DNA of 64,000 nucleotides from Anaerolineae bacterium (lineage in GTDB: Bacteria > Chloroflexota > Anaerolineae > Aggregatilineales > UBA3940). A model generated the notes under the pieces. The model saw only the letters and a list, made by a program, of their open reading frames with translations. It was not told where the DNA came from and made no database searches. The stretch lies in the NCBI GenBank assembly GCA_016928235.1, contig JAFGLD010000096.1, forward strand, positions 3,006-67,005, in the 5' to 3' direction. Of the stretch, positions 9,176-16,919 are shown piece by piece; the first letter of the stretch is position 1, and each line of letters begins with the position of its first letter. The translations under genes and the position numbers were made by a program.

Positions 9176-10342
9176 TTAGCTATCAGGCTGATCGGGCTGG
9201 TAAGCCTGCCATGTTCCTTCTTTGTAGCCCGAAGCACCGGTCTCCATATAGATTTTATCATAGGTCAGTTGGTAGATCGTGTTATCCGGGCCAAGGATAT
9301 AGCAGGGTTGGAGGGTTGGCCCTGGTGGATTGACCTCACATTGGCCAACGACCATATAGGACGTCGCCGGACCTGTTGCCCAACCCAACTGATCCTTGAG
9401 ATCCTCGGTTCCCTGATATTCACCCAGCCACGCAGCTGCCAGCGCCGGATCAGGCAGATAAAGCCCATCAGGTGGCACAATGCTCGATGTGTCGCCAATA
9501 CCACCCGATTTGCCCCAGATGCTACGGTAGAGAGACTGGTTGGAGGCAAGGATAGTGATGTCGCCGAACTGGTTGATGATCATCACTCCCTCCTGAAAAG
9601 TTTGGGCAACAGCATTCAAGTAGCTGGCCGTCTGGCTTGGACAGGCAAAAGGCGTCGCCGGGTCCGTAAAGAACCAATCCTGAGGACAGGTCACATGGAC
9701 AAGCAATACCGGCCACTGTTCCGATGAGAGGCCGCCGACCTGAAGCTGGTATTCCACCCAGAATGTCTGTGGCATGACAAATGTGGCTGTCCCGCTTTGA
9801 GGAAGTTCGGCCCGGCACTCTATCTCCCAGAGGTTGTGATCGCGAGCACAGATCGTTACCATCTCTCCACCCTCAGTCTCCCACGCCAATGTCACCTGAT
9901 CGCCTGGTGCCCTCCTGCTAAAAGGCTCAACGTTAGCTTCGAAGCTGAGAATGGTGACAGAGACGGTTGGAGATTCCTCTGGCGTCTGTGAAGATGGAGG
10001 CTGGGTCAACGTGATGTCCGGCGTGAAAGAAGCAGGTATGGTTGTTTGGGACGCAGCCGGTAAAGGGGTAATGGTGGATAGTATTGTTGGTGTTTTTTTG
10101 AGAGTCGATTCTGTTGGACCTGGTTGAAGTGTGCATTCTGTTGGGCTGGCTTCTTCGACCGGTCGAGATGTCGATTCCTCTTCAGTTGCCGGTTGGCTTG
10201 TCACCGTTTGGCCGGTCACCATGATCGTCGGCAGAAGAGATGCGTCGAAATCTGCCGTTGTATCACAGCCCGCCAGGAGTACCAACTGTCCAACTGCCAA
10301 CAAAAACAATAAGTTGATGTTTGGGCAGGGTTTACGGTTCAT
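9176..10342 (-). CDS. hypothetical secreted lipoprotein
   Basis: From ATG 10342 the protein begins MNRKPCPNINLLFLLAVGQLVLLAGCDTT, a signal peptide with an LAGC lipobox. A T/S/P-rich linker follows, then a Cys-containing globular region. I recognise no family. Confidence 0.6.
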   Translation of the reverse strand: MNRKPCPNINLLFLLAVGQLVLLAGCDTTADFDASLLPTIMVTGQTVTSQPATEEESTSRPVEEASPTECTLQPGPTESTLKKTPTILSTITPLPAASQTTIPASFTPDITLTQPPSSQTPEESPTVSVTILSFEANVEPFSRRAPGDQVTLAWETEGGEMVTICARDHNLWEIECRAELPQSGTATFVMPQTFWVEYQLQVGGLSSEQWPVLLVHVTCPQDWFFTDPATPFACPSQTASYLNAVAQTFQEGVMIINQFGDITILASNQSLYRSIWGKSGGIGDTSSIVPPDGLYLPDPALAAAWLGEYQGTEDLKDQLGWATGPATSYMVVGQCEVNPPGPTLQPCYILGPDNTIYQLTYDKIYMETGASGYKEGTWQAYQPDQPDS

Positions 10343-10498
10343 CAGACACCCCCCAAATAACTTGCCTGTCAAAACACGCAAACACAACAATACCCCAAAG
10401 AGACGATCAAAACAATCCCCCAATGGTCATGACAGAGAGTTTTCGCCAACGGCGACCGGCCGCCCGTCCCCATAAGCGGTAACTGAAGCGGGATAGTA

Positions 10499-10560
10499 AG
10501 CTGTTAGCTGTTAGCTCTTAGCCGTGAACTGTGAACTGCAAACTGTGAGTTCTCAGTCTC
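10499..10560. repeat. heptamer tandem repeats (STRR-like)
   Basis: AGCTGTT AGCTGTT AGCTCTT AGCC GTGAACT GTGAACT GCAAACT GTGAGTT CTCAGTC, read directly. The site is intergenic. Confidence 0.7.
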
Positions 10561-10656
10561 TATCCAAAATGGGGTTAGCCAATCACGGCGAACAAAAAAC
10601 TGATCACCAGCCACAACCGGTAATGCCCAATCAATCCCTTCAGCTACCATCTATGC

Positions 10657-10710
10657 CACCATCCCCTATCCCCTAATCCCCATCCCCCATCCCCCGCCGC
10701 AGCCGCAGCC
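10657..10710. repeat. C-rich heptamer repeat (CCCCTAT CCCCTAA TCCCCAT CCCCCAT CCCCC) followed by GCCGCA GCCGCA
   Basis: Read directly. It spans the stop codon and the last ~12 codons of the phosphorylase ORF. Confidence 0.7.
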
Positions 10711-12412
10711 AACTGACCTGGTAAGCCCCCAACTCGATATCCTGCCCACCGGCCCATCTCTGTCCGTTGAACAGATCGATCCACCCGTTTCCCGCTTTCG
10801 GCAGCCGGGCGATCTGCTCCCGGTCGCTGACGTTGTGCAGACACAGCACCTGCTCATCCTCAGTGGGTGAGCGCCGCAGCAGCGCAAAGACGGCCTCGCC
10901 GCAATCGAAGATGCTCTGTAATCCATACGGGTTGAAAGCGGGCGATGACGCGCGCGCCCTGAGTAATCCGGCGTACCGATCAAACACCAGCCGGCGCAGC
11001 GAGCCTGTTCGACCCAGCTCATGCTCTAACTCAGCCCGCTCCAGCTTCTGCCGGTTGACGGTTCGAGCTCGCCCGGTGATCTCGACGCCTTCCGGCCACC
11101 CGCGCGACCCAAACAGGCTGTGGAAGTAAATCCCCGGCACACCGATTACCGCCAGCATGATGGCCTGCGATACCATGAAGCGATCGACCTGCACGGAGAG
11201 CGGCTCCTCGCTGTGAGGATCGGACAGCGCATCGAAGGCGCTGATGTTGATCTCGTAAGGGCTTTGGGAGCCGTCAGGGTTTGTCTTGCGAGAGACCAGC
11301 CCACCATGAGAGATACATCGCGCTACCAGCGCCTCGATCTCGCTCTCGGGCAGGATGCCCCGCGCCGGGTTGAGGCCGATGCCATCGTGCGAGGCCAGGA
11401 AGTTGAAGAAAGTGACCTGTTCCGACGGCAAAGACAGCTCGCCGGCCCACTCGGTGAGGACGCGCGCCGTCCCCTGGTGGATAGCGTGCAGCACCAGCGG
11501 GGGCAGCGCGAAGTTGTAAACCAACTGCGCCTCGTTCCGGCCATCGCCGAAGTACGAGATGTTGTCCTGGTGCGGTACATTAGTTTCGGTGATCAGCTTG
11601 ACGCACGGCGCCACCTTATCGAGGATGCTGCGCAGTAATTGGACAACCCGGTGGGTTTGCGGCAGGTGGATGCAGGGCGTGCCGATCTCCTTCCACAGGT
11701 AGGCGATGGCATCCAGGCGGATGAAATCGGCGCCCTGGGCGACGTAGAACAGCAGCAGGTCGATGATCGCCAGCAGCACATCGGGGTTGCTGTAGTTGAG
11801 GTCGATCTGGTCGTCGCTGAAGGTGGTCCAGACAGCTTTCTCGCCCGATGGCGTGTCGAAGTGGGACAGCAGCGGCAGCGACCGAGGCCGCGCCACCTGC
11901 GAGAGATCGGGCGAACCGTCGACGGTGATAAACCAACCGGCAAAAGCCGGGTCATCGCGCAGGAAGCCCTGGAACCACCCACTCTGCGCCGAGATGTGAT
12001 TGATCACCCCATCGACCATCAGGTGAAAGCGGTGCTTGAAGCGCCTGATGTCTTCCCACGAACCCAGATGTGGATCGACCTGGCGGGTGTCGACGACAGA
12101 AAAGCCGTCGTCGGAAGAATAGGGATAGAAGGGCAGAAGGTGCACGCTGCTGATGATGCCCTCGACGCGCGCGGACAGGAAATCGGCCAGCGCGTGAAGG
12201 GGTGGTTGACCGACCTGGCTGACCATGTCGCCATAGGTGATCAGCATGGCATCGCGTTCGGTGAGGGCGATTTGCTTCTCCGCGAGACCGGGGTGGCGGG
12301 CTGAGAAGTCCTCCAGCATATCCGCCAACCGTCGCTCGATGCCTTCGGCACGCCCGGCGCCGTACAGAAATGTGAGTGCCTCGCCAATGTCGTTCTCGTA
12401 CTGTTTGATCAT
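10673..12412 (-). CDS. GH13 subfamily-18 (sucrose-phosphorylase family) glycoside phosphorylase; substrate unknown
   Basis: GH13 catalytic signature: VDGVINH, ADFIRLDAIAYLWKE (nucleophile Asp), ITETNVPH (acid/base Glu), FLASHDGIGL. The LPFYPYSSDDGFSV motif is typical of the sucrose-phosphorylase clade. The start is ATG 12412, preceded by GGGAGGAGG. Confidence 0.8.
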   Translation of the reverse strand: MIKQYENDIGEALTFLYGAGRAEGIERRLADMLEDFSARHPGLAEKQIALTERDAMLITYGDMVSQVGQPPLHALADFLSARVEGIISSVHLLPFYPYSSDDGFSVVDTRQVDPHLGSWEDIRRFKHRFHLMVDGVINHISAQSGWFQGFLRDDPAFAGWFITVDGSPDLSQVARPRSLPLLSHFDTPSGEKAVWTTFSDDQIDLNYSNPDVLLAIIDLLLFYVAQGADFIRLDAIAYLWKEIGTPCIHLPQTHRVVQLLRSILDKVAPCVKLITETNVPHQDNISYFGDGRNEAQLVYNFALPPLVLHAIHQGTARVLTEWAGELSLPSEQVTFFNFLASHDGIGLNPARGILPESEIEALVARCISHGGLVSRKTNPDGSQSPYEINISAFDALSDPHSEEPLSVQVDRFMVSQAIMLAVIGVPGIYFHSLFGSRGWPEGVEITGRARTVNRQKLERAELEHELGRTGSLRRLVFDRYAGLLRARASSPAFNPYGLQSIFDCGEAVFALLRRSPTEDEQVLCLHNVSDREQIARLPKAGNGWIDLFNGQRWAGGQDIELGAYQVSWLRLRRGMGDGD

Positions 12413-12434
12413 CGCTTTTGCCTCCTCCCTGGAT

Positions 12435-12488
12435 GGTCGCTTCAACAACTGAAGCGGTCGCTTCAGCAACTGAAGCGGTTGCTTCAGG
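12435..12488. repeat. 2.5 copies of a 21-nt palindrome-containing tandem repeat (GGTCGCTTCA(A/G)CAACTGAAGC)
   Basis: Read directly. It lies in the 99-nt gap between the GT4 stop (12512) and the phosphorylase start (12412), and it can form alternative hairpins. Confidence 0.75.
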
Positions 12489-12511
12489 CCATCGAATGCT
12501 TCTTCACGCTT

Positions 12512-13882
12512 TCAGACCGAGAAATTATTCCGCTCACCGAAGCACTCGCCGATCAGCGTTGCCAGTTGGCGTTCAAGAACGCGATAAGAGAAATATCGCT
12601 TGCCTAATCGATAGTTGTGCTCAACCATCTCCTCGACCTGATGAGGCTCTTCCAGCAGCGTCCTGGTCTGCGCGACCGTCTCGTCGGAAATAAAGCCGTC
12701 AAACTCGATGGCGCGGAAGCCCTTGGGCTTGATGTCGATGGCATAGATGGAATAATTGTTGACCACCAGAGGTCGACGGTAGTAAGCGGCTTCGAGGAAG
12801 GCGTTGCCAAATCCTTCGATGGTCGACGGGTACGTCACCAGATCAGACTGGGAGTAGGCATCGGCCAGGTTGTAGATCTTGCGCCCGTCGGCGGTCTGGT
12901 CGCGCTGCGGCCCGAAGATGTCGGCGGACAGGCAGATCTTCACCCCCAGCAGGTCGGCAAATTCGACCACCCGCTTTTCGTAAGCATCGCCCTCATCGAG
13001 CCCGCCGTGCGAGATCACCAAACGGGCATCGATGCCCAGCCGCTTGACCAACTCGATGGCGTGCTCGATCCCCTTGCGCTGCACAATGCGGGTGGGCTGC
13101 AAGAAAAATTGCTCGCCCGGGGCCAGGCCGAGATCGCCGCGCAGCTCAAGCGCGTAGGCATCGGGCGGCAGCGGTGGGTGGTCGAAATCCATCACATTGG
13201 GAATGACGGTGGCCGAAGCGCCCGTCCGCAGGCTCAGTTCGTTGGCCGCCCATGAGTTGATCACGACGTGGTGGATGGAAGGGAGCACCGGCGGGAAGCT
13301 CATCCGCAGGTAATCGTTAACTGAGTTGACCAGGAAACGCTGGCGCTCCCAGTAGAAATCGTGGTGGTGGGCAATGGTCGGGATGCCGGTCTCGGCGATG
13401 AACTCGGTCAGCGCCAGGCCGAGCGGAATGTTCATCGGGATGGTCAGCGCGTTCTCCGGGATGAGCAGATGGATCTCGTATTTCTCTACGAAGGCATGGA
13501 TGTTCTTCTTGAGAAGCTCCTTAACATCCAGGATAGCGCGGGTGGTCTGCGGCGGCCGAGCTGGTGTGGGAATATCCAGCATTTTCCGGGAACCCCGACC
13601 AAACTGGAGCGATTCGATCAGGTCGGTCAGCAGCCAGGGCTGGTTAAAAACGATTGTGCTGACGGCAGCGACGGTCGGGTGGCTGAACAATGCCTCCGGG
13701 ACAACATAGCTGCGTTCGGGTGGCCGGTCAGACGAGCCCGCGAAGTAGAAGCATTGGTGGCCCAGCCCTTCGAGGACTTCGGCCCACTTCTCTGCTTCGA
13801 GCGAAACGCCGTCTGTCCCACTGAAGCGGGTTGATACGAAACCGATATGGAGGGGGGATTTTGTAGATTGCATAGGGTTCAT
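12512..13882 (-). CDS. GT4-family (GT-B) glycosyltransferase
   Basis: N-terminal IGFVSTRFSGTDGVSLEAEKW and C-terminal YPSTIEGFGNAFLEAAYYRRPLVV (the E-x7-E region of retaining GT4 enzymes). The start is taken at ATG 13882, which avoids overlap with the upstream gene. Confidence 0.75.
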   Translation of the reverse strand: MNPMQSTKSPLHIGFVSTRFSGTDGVSLEAEKWAEVLEGLGHQCFYFAGSSDRPPERSYVVPEALFSHPTVAAVSTIVFNQPWLLTDLIESLQFGRGSRKMLDIPTPARPPQTTRAILDVKELLKKNIHAFVEKYEIHLLIPENALTIPMNIPLGLALTEFIAETGIPTIAHHHDFYWERQRFLVNSVNDYLRMSFPPVLPSIHHVVINSWAANELSLRTGASATVIPNVMDFDHPPLPPDAYALELRGDLGLAPGEQFFLQPTRIVQRKGIEHAIELVKRLGIDARLVISHGGLDEGDAYEKRVVEFADLLGVKICLSADIFGPQRDQTADGRKIYNLADAYSQSDLVTYPSTIEGFGNAFLEAAYYRRPLVVNNYSIYAIDIKPKGFRAIEFDGFISDETVAQTRTLLEEPHQVEEMVEHNYRLGKRYFSYRVLERQLATLIGECFGERNNFSV

Positions 13883-13945
13883 TGTGTGATTGAGTGATTG
13901 TGTGGGTGACGATTGATAGCTGACAGCTAAAAACTGATCACCGTA
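13881..13945. repeat. heptamer-like G/T-rich repeat tract (C/A-rich on the coding strand)
   Basis: attgtgtgattgagtgattgtgtgggtgacgattgatagctgacagctaaaaactgatcacc, read directly. It fills the DUF402-GT4 intergenic gap. Confidence 0.55.
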
Positions 13946-14375
13946 GTTTCCCAAGCGCATCGAGCACCGCAGACCGCTCAACCGGATCAATCGGCAGCGC
14001 GTCGAACTCGTCTTGGTCCAGGATCAGCTTGTGCCCGTCGGGAGCGATCCACAAATCGAGCGCCAGGTCGTCGGAGCGGACTTCGCCATCGATGATATGG
14101 GCAGGGCGAGCAAAATTGACGTACCACCCTTTAATGTGATCATCGGCTTTGTCGCGAACCTCAAACAGATTGTACCAGCGATCATCATAAAAAGTCTCGA
14201 CGAAGCGGTCACCGCGGCGGAGGGTGACATAGTCCAGGGTAAGATCATCGCGGTTGAAGCGGGCCTCCAGTTTGACATGGTGAGGGCCGCGCTCCAGGAT
14301 AACACCCTGGTATCTCCACACTTCGCGCCCGGCGTGATCGGTCTTGATGACAATGATGGGGTCGGTTGGGTTCAT
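13938..14375 (-). CDS. DUF402 domain protein (FomD / nucleoside di-/triphosphatase-like fold)
   Basis: WYNLFEVRDKADDHIKGWYVNFARP...DLALDLWIAPDG matches the DUF402 pattern. The start is ATG 14375 (MNPTDPI). Confidence 0.65.
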   Translation of the reverse strand: MNPTDPIIVIKTDHAGREVWRYQGVILERGPHHVKLEARFNRDDLTLDYVTLRRGDRFVETFYDDRWYNLFEVRDKADDHIKGWYVNFARPAHIIDGEVRSDDLALDLWIAPDGHKLILDQDEFDALPIDPVERSAVLDALGKLR

Positions 14376-14526
14376 TGGGTATCCTGTTGTATCGATATGC
14401 TCCTTGCTTTTGCTATCTGCGAAGTGTACTGATGAACCCATTCTTGTCAAACCACATCATTTCCGGGAGCTACCGAGGGTTGGGAAATGCAACTTTCAGG
14501 GTGTGGAGCGGCCCGCTCGGAGCCGT

Positions 14527-15372
14527 TTAGTGTCTTCCTGTCCACTCCGGATTGGCATATTTGACTGCTCGAAGCTCAATAGCGCGTTCCTGCTCCTGTG
14601 GACTGAGCTGAGACGCCTCGAATGTGAGGTTGAGCGATTGTGAAAATCCTCTAGCCAGTGCCTCGGCCACCAGAGCAAAATCCGGACGATCACCGAGCAC
14701 GTCTTCCAGGGTAATGGCTCGCCTGCGCACCCGTTTTTGAGCCTCCTCGCGTTCGATCTGGTCGGCAAAAGTGAGTACTTCGCAAATACGTGTGACATCG
14801 CCATGCAGGGGCAGCGCCCCATGCTGCAACACTGTCCCAAACCGGCGGGTCTGCGCGCTGCCCAGCAGCTTTCTCCCCTGGGCTGTGATCTCATAATCTG
14901 ATGGGACCTCGAAACAGACTGGCCCATGAGCCCTTGGAGCATTTTCCGCAGCACGCTCCGCGCGGACAAGCGCCCCGAGATTTTGCAGTCCGGCCAACAA
15001 CCCTTCACTCAATCGTCGATAACTCTCGATGACTCCTCCCTTCACGCGCGGCTCATCGAGCAGTGCTGAAACCGAATAAGTGATCTCATCCACATGCAGG
15101 ATAGCCCGACCACCGGTCAGCCGGCGGACGATATCCCATCCTCGCTGATGCAGCCGATCATGATCGACGTCAGCAATAGACTGAGCATATCCTAGCGAGA
15201 GGCAAGCAGGCTCCCAGGCATAAAGGCGCAGTGTTGGCAGCACATAGCCGGCCCCAACATGCCCGGCAATAGCTTCATCGATGGCCATGTTGGTCGCGCC
15301 GTCTTGGGCCTCCTGAACGATCAATCGCCAGTGTGTATGGGAGTAGGAAGTGGACAGCTCCGGTGTGCTCAT
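14527..15372 (-). CDS. lipoate-protein ligase / octanoyltransferase family protein (BPL_LplA_LipB domain)
   Basis: LRLYAWEPACLSLGYAQ, RRLTGGRAILHVDEITYS, CFEVPSDYEITAQGRKLLGSAQTRR, LQHGALPL. Confidence 0.75.
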   Translation of the reverse strand: MSTPELSTSYSHTHWRLIVQEAQDGATNMAIDEAIAGHVGAGYVLPTLRLYAWEPACLSLGYAQSIADVDHDRLHQRGWDIVRRLTGGRAILHVDEITYSVSALLDEPRVKGGVIESYRRLSEGLLAGLQNLGALVRAERAAENAPRAHGPVCFEVPSDYEITAQGRKLLGSAQTRRFGTVLQHGALPLHGDVTRICEVLTFADQIEREEAQKRVRRRAITLEDVLGDRPDFALVAEALARGFSQSLNLTFEASQLSPQEQERAIELRAVKYANPEWTGRH

Positions 15373-15845
15373 CAGGTTCTCCTGAAAGGATCGATTGCCA
15401 GGTTATGAGGTCACTGCTGTATATCCAGGGTGCGGCTTTTGGGCACAAGTGTCAACAGAATCTGGATACCTCTGAGTGGACTATTCTAGCATCGATGTAG
15501 CTGGGAGTGTAGGCGGCGGGTGTCGGCTTCACGGGGACACGCCAAAATATGCATGAATCAAGGAGGATGAAAGGAGTACCCCGGGAGGATGCCCGGAGGA
15601 TGCTAAGACACACTGCCGGCAGATGACACACCACCTTGTGTCGATCCCGGTTGGGTGAGATCGACGCGAGATGGGCTTACTCGACGCGGAGCATCACCAG
15701 TTGTCTTCCCACGCTCTGTGTGAGGTAATCCGGTTGTGCGCAAAGTATGTTCGTGGCGGCCACGCCATTGCGGTCTACCGATAACACCGTGTCGGCAGAT
15801 TGTATGGGGCGTTATTTGACGAATGCTCGCCAGGACAGCATGTGC

Positions 15846-16868
15846 CTACTCTGCGCGCGGCTTACGCCGGTAGAGCCTGGTGACAACGGAGAAACGGTTG
15901 GGGATAATGGGGTCGTTAATACCTATTGGCAGCCCACCAAGTGGACTGGGCATAGGGATGGGATGGTAGACATAGTCGCGGATGCCACTATCCCAGCGCG
16001 ACAGCAAGACACTGAGCACCAGAACAAACACACCCACCCACTGGACGATCTCCATCCGTTCGCCCAGCCAGGTAAAAGCGACCAATAGCGTTACTCCCAT
16101 CTCTGCGACATTCAACAAAATCGTCTGAAGGCTGCCCAGATTTCTGACTCCCATAAACAGTGTCACTCGCGATAGCGCCGTAACAGCTGTGATACCCAGA
16201 ATATAGTACCAGCCTATCGAAGCAGTAGGCCCCCACTGCAAAACAAAGAAATTGCCATAAACCAGACGGGCAACAAGCACCGTTGCTCCCATCCAGGTCA
16301 ACGCATAAAGTGACATGGTGGGGGCGGGCATTTCATACATAACACGCTGGCTAATAACGATATGCAAAGCATAAGAAAAAGCAGATCCGACCATCAAGCC
16401 AACGCCTATCCAATGTATCGCTGACTGGTGGTAACCACCGGTCAGCAGATAGACAGCGACGAGTGCCAACAAAGCGCGGACGATGCTGAGCCCGGATATG
16501 CGTTGTCCATACATACGCACCAACAACATGGCGAAGATCACATACAACATGTTGAGGAGCTGTACCAGCGAGGCGTTATCCAGCAAGAGCAAGCCGTTGT
16601 AGTAAAGAAGCGAGCCTAATCCGTTAATCCCCCCAACAGCTAACGTTCCTAAGAGCCCTGCCGGGAAAATATAGATGTACTTCCGGAAGAACAACCCGTA
16701 CACTACCCACAATATCAGCGCGGCCAGACAAGTTCGTAACGTAACCAGCGTAAACGGATCGATGCCTGTGTGGAGGGCCAGTTTGCCAAAGATCGGCGCA
16801 AAACCCATGACAAGAGGCGTCATGAAGGCTGCAATTGCACCATCAATCCGATGCCTGGATTGGCTCAC
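15846..16868 (-). CDS. DMT-superfamily (EamA-like) transporter
   Basis: About 10 predicted TM helices in two EamA-like halves, followed by a ~50-aa hydrophilic tail. Confidence 0.7.
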   Translation of the reverse strand: MSQSRHRIDGAIAAFMTPLVMGFAPIFGKLALHTGIDPFTLVTLRTCLAALILWVVYGLFFRKYIYIFPAGLLGTLAVGGINGLGSLLYYNGLLLLDNASLVQLLNMLYVIFAMLLVRMYGQRISGLSIVRALLALVAVYLLTGGYHQSAIHWIGVGLMVGSAFSYALHIVISQRVMYEMPAPTMSLYALTWMGATVLVARLVYGNFFVLQWGPTASIGWYYILGITAVTALSRVTLFMGVRNLGSLQTILLNVAEMGVTLLVAFTWLGERMEIVQWVGVFVLVLSVLLSRWDSGIRDYVYHPIPMPSPLGGLPIGINDPIIPNRFSVVTRLYRRKPRAE

Positions 16869-16919
16869 AGAGATATACCCTTATCTGAGATGTAAAAAAC
16901 GATTACCAGTCCACATGGT

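Noticed and set aside
15540-15615. Three closely spaced GGAGGATG (SD + ATG) motifs upstream of the lipoate ligase gene region, considered as a leader-peptide attenuator.
   Set aside because: They lie on the plus strand, whereas the flanking genes are on the minus strand. The resulting peptides are 19 aa or shorter with no terminator/antiterminator structure that I could draw. This is probably chance in a purine-rich stretch.
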